From a virus, in IMG/VR virus record IMGVR_UViG_3300009506_000001, positions 1 to 64,000 of that record: 64,000 bases of DNA; one strand, given 5' to 3'. Position numbers and translations under genes: made by a program. Under the pieces are notes generated by a model. It did not search any database. It was not told where the DNA came from and was given only the letters and a program-made list of their open reading frames with translations. Positions 55,028 to 64,000 of the stretch are shown one piece after another; positions within the stretch are counted from its first letter, which is position 1; each line of letters begins with the position of its first letter.

Positions 55028-55227
55028 TAGTAGTAGTTGGTAGGTTTCCTGCCTTGTGCCTTTTGGTACTGTGCATCGATCCAGGCACCAAGACGAGGGC
55101 CACTATTGGAAACACGAGTGTTCAGTGCCTTTTCAGTCTCCGACTTGCCCCTGAAAAAGACTTTATCGATTGTTTGGCCAACAATGCAGATCACAATCAG
55201 CCAAAGCATGTAGCCCATAAAAGTCAT
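55027..55227 (-). CDS. Small early membrane-anchored protein
   Basis: N-terminal TM; SD AGGAG; TTGACC-N16-TATAAT at 55252-79. Confidence 0.65.
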   Translation of the reverse strand: MTFMGYMLWLIVICIVGQTIDKVFFRGKSETEKALNTRVSNSGPRLGAWIDAQYQKAQGRKPTNYY

Positions 55228-55282
55228 ATCAATCTCCTATTCAATGACGATATTATACCCTAATTGGTAGAAAGGTCAACAA

Positions 55283-56887
55283 TTAGATGGGTTTGTATGC
55301 GTCTTTCCACCACTGAGGAATGCGGTTTCGTGTCTGATTGTACAGATATCCCCACGATTCATCAAGTATATACACAACTCCCCAGTCATCCTTTGATCTG
55401 ACCACACGGCCTCCTCCCTGTATGATATCAATCAAGGCACGTCGTTGGTACCATTCCTTCGACATCTGCATGCGTCGTTTGATCCACTGGTCACCCATGT
55501 AGCCAAATGGCACCTTTGCAAAGATGGCAAATCTAGCCAAGTCACCATGAAGGTCAAGTCCCTCAGTTATGCTCGGTGAAATCAGAATCGATGGTTTCTT
55601 CAAACCAGTGAACTGACGGATAACAGCATTGCGGTCATCTCCGCTGTCAGGGTTGTGGTGGATAATCTGATGTTCAATTGTACCATCGAGTTGTTCCACT
55701 AGCCATTTGCTAATTGCAAAGTTGGCAGTATGGATGATTCCAGACTCTCCTTCGTGAAAGGCTGCGATGTCTCGAATCTTAGTCAGCATGTTTTGACGTT
55801 CGATCTCCTTTTCATCATCCTGATTTCGCCACGATGCATTCATCTTCATAACAGGAGAGTAGAGCACATGGCGATTCTCAACAGGGAACTCGGAATCAAG
55901 TGAAAGGAATGCAGTCTCTTCTGGAGGCAGTCCCAAGTCAGCACAGAAGCCTTCCTTGTTCAGTATCGTGGACGACATGAAAAGGAACTGATCGGCTTGT
56001 GGCTTCAGTATCTCATGGAAGTTGCGAGCACCTGTCACCTGCTTAAATTTCAACATCATTTTGTCAAACGTAAGCACGTATTCCCGTTCCAGCTGGGAAT
56101 TCATTATGAGGCCGAATTCCATCAGCTCGTCAATGTGGTCTTCTAGTGACGAGTACTCACGTATCTTTTTAATTTCAGATCTACTCAGTTCGTTGCCGCC
56201 TTTATCAAGCAACGGTTCAACTTCGTGAAACATGCTGGTCAGGGCTTCTTCCGCTTTGGGTAAGTACGTCTGCTTTACCCAATCACGTGCAGAGAGGAGG
56301 TTGTGTTGGGAAAGGTCGGGGAACTCTACACCAAATTTATCGCAGCGTTTCTTTGATACTGAAACAGCGTTGAATTCCACAAGGTGCTCTTCAACGGTAT
56401 GACATTCATCAAGGATCATAACCCTGCGTTTATCTTTTTCAGTAAACACTGGTGTAAATGCAAACAGGAGAAGGGCCAGCTTGTAATTGAAAACAGTATT
56501 AGGTGAGGATTTAGCTCTACCCACTGCCATGCTAAAAGGGCAGCTGTCACACCTAGGCTTGACTAGGCTTCCAATGTCGCATGTGGTGTTCTTAGAACGG
56601 CACTCGTAGTTTCCTTTTCCGTACAGAGATGCAATTAGCGATGCATCAAAGGACCGCTCATATTGCTCTTGTAAAATACGTTGAGGTGTCAGTATAAAAG
56701 AGCTTCCTCGTTCATCTTTAAGCCAACGGGAGAAACAAATGCCGATAGCGGATTTGCCCACACCTACCGGTGCTTCGAGTAAGAGGTATTTGGCCTTTTG
56801 TGTGGCCAGCCACTCCAATGCCTCTACCTGCTTGGGTCTTGGCTCGGAGTCTAGGGGGAAGTAATCTAAGATATTTTTCTCGTTCAT
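55283..56887 (-). CDS. DinG/XPD-family helicase
   Basis: PRPKQ, APVGVGKS, Cys cluster, DECH, MSST, EGLD, KVPF, QGGGRVVRSKDDWG, LDE; likely start MNEKN. Confidence 0.88.
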   Translation of the reverse strand: MNEKNILDYFPLDSEPRPKQVEALEWLATQKAKYLLLEAPVGVGKSAIGICFSRWLKDERGSSFILTPQRILQEQYERSFDASLIASLYGKGNYECRSKNTTCDIGSLVKPRCDSCPFSMAVGRAKSSPNTVFNYKLALLLFAFTPVFTEKDKRRVMILDECHTVEEHLVEFNAVSVSKKRCDKFGVEFPDLSQHNLLSARDWVKQTYLPKAEEALTSMFHEVEPLLDKGGNELSRSEIKKIREYSSLEDHIDELMEFGLIMNSQLEREYVLTFDKMMLKFKQVTGARNFHEILKPQADQFLFMSSTILNKEGFCADLGLPPEETAFLSLDSEFPVENRHVLYSPVMKMNASWRNQDDEKEIERQNMLTKIRDIAAFHEGESGIIHTANFAISKWLVEQLDGTIEHQIIHHNPDSGDDRNAVIRQFTGLKKPSILISPSITEGLDLHGDLARFAIFAKVPFGYMGDQWIKRRMQMSKEWYQRRALIDIIQGGGRVVRSKDDWGVVYILDESWGYLYNQTRNRIPQWWKDAYKPI

Positions 56888-57190
56888 GCAAACACCATAC
56901 ACCAACTCAGACCCAATGACAAGAGATAAAATACTTCGGCCTTCGGCCTCGTATTTTATCTCTCGCATTAGATTTCTAAACTAATCGGCGTTCTTAATAT
57001 AATGTACAATTCCCCCGTTTTGGGGTTCAAGATAAATTCCCCAGCAGTACTCAAAATCGGGTTCGCACCGCAGACGTCTACGCCCATAACGAAGTCTTTA
57101 AGCACGAGTCTGCCTGACGGCATTTAGACCAATGTCGTGCGTTTAACGAAATCTCCGTTCGCTGTAGGATTTGTGTGTAAACACTGCTAA

Positions 57191-57535
57191 TTAAATAGCC
57201 AGTGCTGAACCCTGTTCGATTAAGTCGGTAGCTCTTCTGCTTTCCGTAGCAGGTTTGTTATTTTCTATGATTTGGAAGCTTGTCTGGGTTTTTGTCTGGA
57301 AGTAGTCTAGTAGTTCTTCGTCTGTGTAAACATTGTTGGGATATACATCTTTCTTGTCAATTTTCAATCGGGACCAAAAAATTCGGAAACCTTCAGATTT
57401 TTCGTAGATTGAAATTTTTTCGGGGAGGGAGAGTTCTGATTGATGGGAGGAAAAATAATTGAGAATAGAAGACCACTGGATTAAATCACTAAAGTCAGCT
57501 TCTAAGGCTGTCCGAATATTATTCGGGATGGTCAT
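57191..57535 (-). CDS. Hypothetical protein
   Basis: SD AAGGAG; TATAAATA at 57570-77 and TTGCCA-N17-TATAGT at 57585-613 upstream. Confidence 0.6.
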   Translation of the reverse strand: MTIPNNIRTALEADFSDLIQWSSILNYFSSHQSELSLPEKISIYEKSEGFRIFWSRLKIDKKDVYPNNVYTDEELLDYFQTKTQTSFQIIENNKPATESRRATDLIEQGSALAI

Positions 57536-57615
57536 TTCATCTCCTTTACGTTTCTGCCTAAATCGGAACTATTTATAACTCCCTACTATAACCCATCGAA
57601 AAAATTTTGGCAACG

Positions 57616-57813
57616 CTACGAGCGTAAACTTGAAGTCGGTCTGTGCACACCTCGGCCCCAAATTCTGAAGCCACCAGCAGTGGAGACAATAATACGCTCC
57701 AGCACGTCCTTCTTCTCACAATATGGACAATCTGTGAGCTTGTCATCTTTCATGCTCTGCTGTGTTTCGAATACTTCGTTACAATCGTGACACTTGTATG
57801 TGTACGTAGCCAT
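57616..57813 (-). CDS. FmdB-family zinc-ribbon protein
   Basis: YTYKCHDC...CPYC...RII. Confidence 0.85.
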   Translation of the reverse strand: MATYTYKCHDCNEVFETQQSMKDDKLTDCPYCEKKDVLERIIVSTAGGFRIWGRGVHRPTSSLRS

Positions 57814-58101
57814 TTAGTCATCTCCTAGTAGTTTCATTGCATCGTCATAATTGGTTATCTGATCACGTACTCGTTCCCGTACTTTAGCAACAATATCAGG
57901 AACGGCCGCAGGTTGTCCGTCACGGATAGGTAGGTACAGAACCTCAAATCCACGCTTGTTAAACAAAGGACCTACGCTTTCCTTTACTTTCTCCAGGTAG
58001 TCCCTGACACGCTGTGGAGGCATTTTACCAACGTCCACGTACATTACTATCAGGTCCATCTCTGGATCGTATTCGCTCAAGTTTAACATTTCAACCTGCA
58101 T
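57814..58101 (-). CDS. Small protein containing a portal-like motif
   Basis: YVDVGKMPPQRVRDYLEKVK versus portal YIDVGKMPPQRVKTYLEQIK; start may be 58089. Confidence 0.7.
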   Translation of the reverse strand: MQVEMLNLSEYDPEMDLIVMYVDVGKMPPQRVRDYLEKVKESVGPLFNKRGFEVLYLPIRDGQPAAVPDIVAKVRERVRDQITNYDDAMKLLGDD

Positions 58102-58585
58102 TGTGTTTGTCCTCTGCGACCTTTGCTATCCAATATGCATCTGTAAGGTCGTATAATCCTGTTGTTTTCTTCACCCCTAATTTTAAAAACTGTTTTTGGG
58201 CGTTTTCGGGTAATGCCTCATATAGCGCTTCCTTCTTGGCTTTACCATCATCTGTCGCAAATTTCTTTACGGTCTTTGGGGAGACGATTTCAATTGGAAA
58301 TTGTCCCCTGCAATGAAATCTAAGTTTGTTGATGATAACAAACTGTAGTCCAGCTAAGTCACGTGTTGCGTCGCCTCGCATTCCAAATGCCAACCCTTCA
58401 ATGGCAATAACGTCCGGTTTGTGCACATCCGCAAGCATCTGAATATGTGTACCGATCCAATTTGCTCGTTCGTGCACATCCATTGCTTTCGGAGACTTGA
58501 GGGCTTCGGTATGAACCAACTCATCATCTCTCAAAAGAACAAGCCCAGTGCAACTGTAACTTTGGTCTATTCCTAATACTTTCAT
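58091..58585 (-). CDS. RuvC-like Holliday junction resolvase
   Basis: VLGIDQS..TG, IAIEG, PKTVKKFAT..GKA.K, DLTDAY. Confidence 0.88.
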   Translation of the reverse strand: MKVLGIDQSYSCTGLVLLRDDELVHTEALKSPKAMDVHERANWIGTHIQMLADVHKPDVIAIEGLAFGMRGDATRDLAGLQFVIINKLRFHCRGQFPIEIVSPKTVKKFATDDGKAKKEALYEALPENAQKQFLKLGVKKTTGLYDLTDAYWIAKVAEDKHNAG

Positions 58586-58633
58586 GACCGTATATAGGAT
58601 GACCCTTGTAGCTAGATACCTTTCATTGCCTCC

Positions 58634-58870
58634 TTATATGCCTTTCATCGCACGGTCGTAAGCGTCGTCAGAAGACTCTTCGTCATCCTCAATCACGGGT
58701 AGTTCTTCAACAAAGAAGTCATTTTCTTCGATTAGAATCTCTTCTAGGATCTCGAACAGGTCATCTAGTGACTCAACGATCTCTTCGACTGTTTTGAAAT
58801 CATCCTGCTGCTGTTGTGGCTGTGCCATAACAAGGTTCCAGCCCCGCATTCTCCAATAATCGTATTCCAT
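58634..58870 (-). CDS. Small acidic protein ending DDAYDRAMKGI
   Basis: TAATG coupling to gp46; SD GGAGG. Confidence 0.7.
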   Translation of the reverse strand: MEYDYWRMRGWNLVMAQPQQQQDDFKTVEEIVESLDDLFEILEEILIEENDFFVEELPVIEDDEESSDDAYDRAMKGI

Positions 58871-60657
58871 TAGTCCTCCTTGATGTAACTGAATCCCTTT
58901 GTCATTTGTATTGTCATCACATTATCAAAGGCAGCGTTTATTTCGTCTCTGTGTGAGATCACATATAGTGATAGTTTCTCATCACGGGACTTCCGTTTTA
59001 GCATTTTAGCAGCAGCCTGGACACCAACAGCGTCTAGACCAACATCTAGCACTTCGTCCAGCATGCATACATTGATCTTTGTGTGCAACTGCTGCAGGAC
59101 ATCTCTGAACGCAAGCGATAGTGCCAAATTAACACGAGCACGTTGGCCGTTCGAAAGGTTACCGAAGTCTAGCGGATGACCGAACTGGTTAATCTCAGCG
59201 GTCAACTCATGCGTAAACTCAACAGTATGTGGCAGACCAAGATCACTCAAATACTGTTGCAGTTTCTTATTTAGGTACGGAATGTTCTTGTTCAGTAGAG
59301 CCTTACGGACAAAACTATCCTTCTTTGTCAACAGCTTATGCAAAAACTTTTGGTGATCAATAAGTTTCACGAGAGCATTGGTTTCATCGTGCACAACTGG
59401 ATCCAGTTCAACGGCCTCAAGTTCCTCGAGAGGTTCGATGTATGGATTGACGGACTCCTTGAGATCCTCAATGCGGGTTTCAATGTTAGCAGCTTGGCTT
59501 TTGATTTCCAAAAGCTCATTCAAATTGGATACGGTGATCGTTTCTTTCACGGCAGCCAATTGCTTGGTGAGATCGTCTGTCTCAGCATCGTACGTAGCGA
59601 GGCCTTCTTCGGCTATCTTAACCGCTTCGGTCTTCACTGCAATCTTGTCGTGCAGTTCCTCTATCTTTTCGTCTGCGTCAGCGAATTTCTGTAAGCAGTA
59701 AGGACACTTCTCATCTTGGAGGTGTCCAAGTTCCTTTTGGTACTTGGCAAGGTCTCTTTCGATGCGTTTTAATTCTGTTGATACTTCTCGCTGCTGGGCA
59801 ATGTTGGCGTTAATGTTACTCTCGAGAATATTCTTTCTCTCGTGAGCCTCACGCTCTGCCTCAACATCAACATCCGCCACCTTAGCAAGTTTCGCTTCTA
59901 ATGAGGCAATTTGTTTTTCATTTTGTTGCTCCCAACCAACAACACGCTGCTTGGCAGCCTTTAACTGCTGTGAATGTCTTTCGTGCTCACGCTCAAGTTG
60001 CGTCTGTTTGGCCTTGACGATCTCAAGCCTCTGCTCATTTTCCTTGATGGTAGTCTTGAGTGCCTCAGCCTTTTCGGTCAGGGTTGTGAGGTCAAATAAT
60101 TCCTCAATGATTCGGGTCTGGCAAGCCTGCGTTGGATGCCTTACAGGCAAATCCAAGAACGGAATGTGGATTGCAGAGAAGACTACAATGCGGCTGAATA
60201 GCTCGTGTGGAATACCAATGACCTCTTCGATGGCCTTGTTTGTATTGGACACGCTATCACGGGTGCGTTCGTCTTCGTCTGTGAAATCGTAAGATCCTTC
60301 TTTCACATAGTATTTGACATAGTTGCCAGCAGCGTAAGACTTTGACTTACGGACACGCTTGATGTGGTAATATGTACCGTCCTTTTCAAAGGTAACAGTG
60401 ACTTCCATGTTCTTTTTGTTGATGTTGTTGACAAGGTTGTCGAGCGAGATGTTGGACAGCGGCTTACCGTAAACAGCGTAAGCGAGTGCGTTGATGATGA
60501 CAGTTTTACCAACACCATTAGCACCAGTACCGCCAGATGTGTTATCAAGGTCCTCACCAACAATAAGTGTTGTGCCATTACGATCCAGTTGGACGACCGT
60601 CGTGTTATTACCGTACGACATGAAGTTTCGCATTGTGATGGAGATGAATCTAATCAT
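58870..60657 (-). CDS. Rad50/SbcC-like ATPase (T4 gp46-like)
   Basis: RNFMSYGN, NGVGKT, CPYC hook, LSNGQ, LDEVLD, ISH. Confidence 0.95.
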   Translation of the reverse strand: MIRFISITMRNFMSYGNNTTVVQLDRNGTTLIVGEDLDNTSGGTGANGVGKTVIINALAYAVYGKPLSNISLDNLVNNINKKNMEVTVTFEKDGTYYHIKRVRKSKSYAAGNYVKYYVKEGSYDFTDEDERTRDSVSNTNKAIEEVIGIPHELFSRIVVFSAIHIPFLDLPVRHPTQACQTRIIEELFDLTTLTEKAEALKTTIKENEQRLEIVKAKQTQLEREHERHSQQLKAAKQRVVGWEQQNEKQIASLEAKLAKVADVDVEAEREAHERKNILESNINANIAQQREVSTELKRIERDLAKYQKELGHLQDEKCPYCLQKFADADEKIEELHDKIAVKTEAVKIAEEGLATYDAETDDLTKQLAAVKETITVSNLNELLEIKSQAANIETRIEDLKESVNPYIEPLEELEAVELDPVVHDETNALVKLIDHQKFLHKLLTKKDSFVRKALLNKNIPYLNKKLQQYLSDLGLPHTVEFTHELTAEINQFGHPLDFGNLSNGQRARVNLALSLAFRDVLQQLHTKINVCMLDEVLDVGLDAVGVQAAAKMLKRKSRDEKLSLYVISHRDEINAAFDNVMTIQMTKGFSYIKED

Positions 60658-61723
60658 GGACTACTCTTATTTCTTTATATTGTTGTATGAGCATCTTGTT
60701 GTCAATGTGATCACTTTCGATACCTTCGAGCATCATTATGACCAAATCATCAACACCTTGAAGTTCGACATTGTCCCAATCGATGTCAGCTTCTGTCTCG
60801 GAAAGAGCGGTCTTAATTTCAGGTGACTCTTCCAGTACGAATTCTCGGAGTTGGTAGTTGTCGAGAAACTTCTGTTTCAGATACGTACTCTCCTCGAAAG
60901 TGATAGGAACATCAACAAGGCAATTGACACGGGCATCAGGGTAAAGGATATCTTTACGTTTCTCCTTGTCAAGAATGTCGGTTAGACGAGTCTTGGTATA
61001 CCGAGGTAGCTCGTCCCAATTCTCAAACCACATCTCGTCACTTTCGTGGTCGTAAATCATCATGCCACGATCATCATCACCTGCATCACCAAAGTCCATT
61101 GGGAATGTATTACCAATGTAAACAACGTTAGAATCAGGTTGAGTCTGGCGTTTGTGGAAGTGACCGGACACAATGTGCTTTGGACCTTTGAAGTCAGCAC
61201 TATCAGGACCGGTTGGCATTGTGATGTTGTAACCCGTAACAATGAAGCCTTTGAATTCAAAGTGCCCTGCCCAAAAAGGAACGTCAAGGTATTGCATCAA
61301 GTCGGAATACTCTTCGTGAAATAAGTAAGGTGCAAAGAGTACCGAACCCATAATTTCGGAACGAACAGTCGGCTGGTCAATAATGACAAAGTTTTTGAAT
61401 TCGCTGTGTGTTACGACCGAGTGAACGTCACGGGAGTTTCGATAGTACAGGTCATGGTTGCCGACAACGAAGTATACAGGCAGACCAAGAGCATCCAGCA
61501 TTTTTGCTCCTTGGTAGGAGTAATGCAGGGTGTGGATGTTCAACGCACTGCGGTTCTCGTTCCAGTCGCCTAGGAACGCAACGTAATCAATGTCATTCTT
61601 TTTGACTTGTTCGCAGAACCATTCAATGTAGCGAATACAATCCTGATTGTGCTGAATCGAGTTTGCTTTCTTACCGAAATGAATGTCGGTGAAGTAGGCT
61701 CCTCGTTTTAGCCTATGACCCAT
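60650..61723 (-). CDS. Mre11/SbcD-like nuclease (T4 gp47-like)
   Basis: TDIHFG, LGD, GNHD, GHFE, SGHFH. Confidence 0.95.
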   Translation of the reverse strand: MGHRLKRGAYFTDIHFGKKANSIQHNQDCIRYIEWFCEQVKKNDIDYVAFLGDWNENRSALNIHTLHYSYQGAKMLDALGLPVYFVVGNHDLYYRNSRDVHSVVTHSEFKNFVIIDQPTVRSEIMGSVLFAPYLFHEEYSDLMQYLDVPFWAGHFEFKGFIVTGYNITMPTGPDSADFKGPKHIVSGHFHKRQTQPDSNVVYIGNTFPMDFGDAGDDDRGMMIYDHESDEMWFENWDELPRYTKTRLTDILDKEKRKDILYPDARVNCLVDVPITFEESTYLKQKFLDNYQLREFVLEESPEIKTALSETEADIDWDNVELQGVDDLVIMMLEGIESDHIDNKMLIQQYKEIRVVHD

Positions 61724-61756
61724 AAACCACCCTTTTTCGAATTTTTATTTTTAGGG

Positions 61757-62491
61757 TTAAAATTCTAATATGTCCGATGATTGTTCATCGACATGTTTCT
61801 TTTCTTGCTCGAGTTGTTTTCTCAACCTTTCGTTTTCTTCAAAATCTTGTTCGTCATGAGCAAAGTTTCTATCATGCTGCTTTTCGTTTCCAAAGGCAAC
61901 ATTTTTCGTTTTTTGTTGCTCCTCATACGCAGCCGTATAGGTAAAAGAGGGTGAGAGACCCTGGCTAACAAGCACTTCGTCCCTGATGTCACGCTGACGA
62001 CGCTCTTGGTTCAAATACTGTATGAATGAATTCTTGACGCACTGAGTAAAGAAGGCAAACGCATTTGTGCTCCGTTCAGGATTAAATGACTTCCAAGTTT
62101 TCACCAATGACATTAGAGCATATGCCTGCATGTCATCATTGTAAGTGTAGTTTGCAAAGTTCCCCTTTTTACCATAACGGGCAACCAACGTCAAAAGCAT
62201 ATGGGCAAGTTTGTCGGTCATCTTGTCCTGTTCCTTGCTTTTCACAGCCTCTGCAAGAAGGTCAGCATTGTTTAGATAATTGGTTTTACGCTTCTTTTTA
62301 GGTGCAACGACAGGGGGCTTGCTTGAAGTTTTCTTGGCAGCAGCCTTCTTCTTGGCTACTTTCTTTTTAGCAACCTTCTTCTTTGTGACCGCTTTCTTTT
62401 TGGTAACGGCCTGCTTCTTGGTAGGAGCCTTTTTGGTAACGGCTTTCTTTTTGGTGACTTTTTTCTTCGTGGTCTTTGTTGTTTTCGCCAT
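61757..62491 (-). CDS. Late sigma factor (T4 gp55-like) with Lys-rich N-terminal extension
   Basis: NYLNNADL, NFANYTYNDDM, FNPERSTNAFAFFTQ...F; upstream of gp47/46 as in T4-like phages. Confidence 0.9.
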   Translation of the reverse strand: MAKTTKTTKKKVTKKKAVTKKAPTKKQAVTKKKAVTKKKVAKKKVAKKKAAAKKTSSKPPVVAPKKKRKTNYLNNADLLAEAVKSKEQDKMTDKLAHMLLTLVARYGKKGNFANYTYNDDMQAYALMSLVKTWKSFNPERSTNAFAFFTQCVKNSFIQYLNQERRQRDIRDEVLVSQGLSPSFTYTAAYEEQQKTKNVAFGNEKQHDRNFAHDEQDFEENERLRKQLEQEKKHVDEQSSDILEF

Positions 62492-62612
62492 TGTGTTTCC
62501 TATACACTTATTGTTATTATGCCAGCGTATACTTTGAATGGTCCAAGTATACGGTGGATTTTACTTCATGTCAACAGACATAAATATCTCAACAGGATAC
62601 GAGGAGAACTCC

Positions 62613-63221
62613 GTGTTAAAGTTTAAAGCATACGCAAACATCAACGAGGCAACCAAAGAAAAGCTAGACACAAGCAACGATCAGCCTGTTGTAATTGCAC
62701 CAGGACGATTTAATCCGCCTACACGAGGACATCAGCTGATGATCCGTGAGCTGATTGCTTTGGGGCAGAAGCTGAATGCTAAGCCAGTTGTTATTGTGGT
62801 TGATTCGGGAAAGTATGATGAGCGTAATCCTCTCACAGGCGAAGTCCGCAAAGAGTATATACTAAAAATGTTCCCTGGGGTGACCATTCACGTCGCCAAA
62901 AATCCTTATGAAGCAGTTTTTGATCTGCATGATAAGCACGGTGAAGTTCCTGTTGGTGGTGTGACGGGTGCGGATCGTGCCAAGAACTACAAGAACATGA
63001 TCGGCCGAATATTTGGTCCTAAAGAGGAAGAACAGTACGAAGCGGTTATTCTCAATAGAGACCCTGATGCGGTGGACGATGTGGCAGGAGTTAGTGGAAC
63101 GAAAGCTCGTGAGGCAGCAGTCGCAAACGATGAAGGTGCTTTTCGGGCAATGACAGGTCTAGGGCATGAAGATGCAATGCAGCTCATGTCACAAATACGC
63201 AAGGGAATGGGAATTAGTTAA
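62613..63221 (+). CDS. HIGH-superfamily cytidylyltransferase-like protein
   Basis: GRFNPPTRGH, NPL, GADR, SGTKAR; likely GTG start with SD GAGGAG; CATAAATA at 62579-86. Confidence 0.85.
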   Translation: MLKFKAYANINEATKEKLDTSNDQPVVIAPGRFNPPTRGHQLMIRELIALGQKLNAKPVVIVVDSGKYDERNPLTGEVRKEYILKMFPGVTIHVAKNPYEAVFDLHDKHGEVPVGGVTGADRAKNYKNMIGRIFGPKEEEQYEAVILNRDPDAVDDVAGVSGTKAREAAVANDEGAFRAMTGLGHEDAMQLMSQIRKGMGIS

Positions 63222-63979
63222 TGGCAACAATTTCGAGAGCATCTGACGTTGAAAACCAATATAAGGTCCGACTAGGAGTAGCAACCAAATACACCGGAAT
63301 GGCTACGGATATCCAAGAGCTCCGTAGGCGTCAAGTTACGTTTAATGTGACTCCAGAAGTAACGGAAAACCGAAACGTCAACTATAAGTCACTGGAACCA
63401 CTGCACATGCCAGGCCAGATATTGGTATATGGTGGCACATCATCACGAACTTTCGCTTTGAACAACGTTCGGCTAATTTCTCGAACCACAAGAGAAGCGA
63501 CAGAAAACATGCGAACGCTACACTTGCTACGAAGTTGGGCAATGCCTTATTTTGGCAATTCATCTACGCTGTCCCCTAAACAGAAGCAAAATCGTGTCGA
63601 TCAAAACTATCAAGGCGGAAATGTACCACAAGCCAACGCAAACCCGGACTCCCGCACAGGAGTTGGTATGGAGCTTTTAGGTGCTCCACCCGACGTCTTG
63701 CTTCTCTCGGCATATTCGGCAGAGGGTGAGTATGTGACGCAGGGTAACAATTCAAAGCGTACAAGAATGGTTGCAACAAACATTCACAATGTCCCTGTTG
63801 TTATTACAAACCTAACAATTCCATATCCATCAGATGTTGACTACATTCCAGCTGAGGATGGTCAGCCAATGCCAAGAATGATGACGATTGATTTGCAGCT
63901 AACGGAAACACATTCACCACAAGAATATAATCAGTTCTCGTTGCAAGATTTTCGTAAGGGAATACTCTCAAACTTTTAA
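63221..63979 (+). CDS. Baseplate / tube-initiator-like protein
   Basis: VTF.VTP, NY, GAPPDVLLLSAY, VPVVITNL..YPSDVDYI, P..M.I...L.E. Confidence 0.6.
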   Translation: MATISRASDVENQYKVRLGVATKYTGMATDIQELRRRQVTFNVTPEVTENRNVNYKSLEPLHMPGQILVYGGTSSRTFALNNVRLISRTTREATENMRTLHLLRSWAMPYFGNSSTLSPKQKQNRVDQNYQGGNVPQANANPDSRTGVGMELLGAPPDVLLLSAYSAEGEYVTQGNNSKRTRMVATNIHNVPVVITNLTIPYPSDVDYIPAEDGQPMPRMMTIDLQLTETHSPQEYNQFSLQDFRKGILSNF

Positions 63980-63988
63980 GGAACCAGT

Positions 63989-64000
63989 ATGGCATCAAGA
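63989..64000 (+). CDS. Start of the next gene (truncated)
   Basis: SD AAGGA then ATG GCA TCA AGA. Confidence 0.45.

Noticed and set aside
56888-56968. N-terminal extension of the helicase to 56968
   Set aside because: Runs through a strong hairpin and precedes the expected N-terminus; the downstream Met fits the family better, though the start remains uncertain
62526-62552. IR cgtatact/agtatacg as a sigma70 promoter for gp55
   Set aside because: -35/-10 match and spacing are poor; kept only as an unexplained short IR
1-64000. CRISPR array, tRNA/rRNA, integrase, transposase or reverse-transcriptase/DGR
   Set aside because: No repeat-spacer pattern, cloverleaf or relevant motifs seen by eye; short RNAs could be missed without a scan
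1-64000. Stop-codon reassignment
   Set aside because: Core genes are full length under the standard code and TAA, TGA and TAG all terminate plausible genes

Overview
A gene-dense 64 kb stretch of a large T4-like (probably jumbo) myovirus genome, standard genetic code, mostly on the minus strand. It holds replication/recombination genes (gp62/gp44 clamp loader, UvsW, UvsY, UvsX, gp32, gp46/gp47, RuvC-like resolvase, DinG-like helicase), the late sigma factor gp55, a GroES, and most of the morphogenesis module (terminase, gp4, tube, sheath, gp15/14/13, major capsid, scaffold, protease, prohead core, portal, tape-measure-like, gp26/gp51-like, fibres). Sigma70-type early promoters and T4-type (T/C/A)ATAAATA late promoters are visible throughout. 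The most striking unexplained signal is a Gly-Ser-Pro tripeptide present about 33 times (manual count) in loops of about 12 putatively surface-exposed virion proteins. It is absent from the enzymes and from capsid, portal and tube, which suggests a virion-wide modification or docking sequon. Other notable items: a -1 slippery site fusing the gp26-like and gp51-like ORFs, a stand-alone mini-protein carrying a 29-nt exact copy of a portal motif, a shared C-terminal DDAY(E/D)RAM(R/K)GI tag, a histone-like tail on gp55, SD-occluding hairpins at late promoters, apparently leaderless late mRNAs, and a structured gp32 leader. No tRNA, CRISPR array or integrase was seen. All product calls come from motif recognition and synteny by eye; no database search was run.
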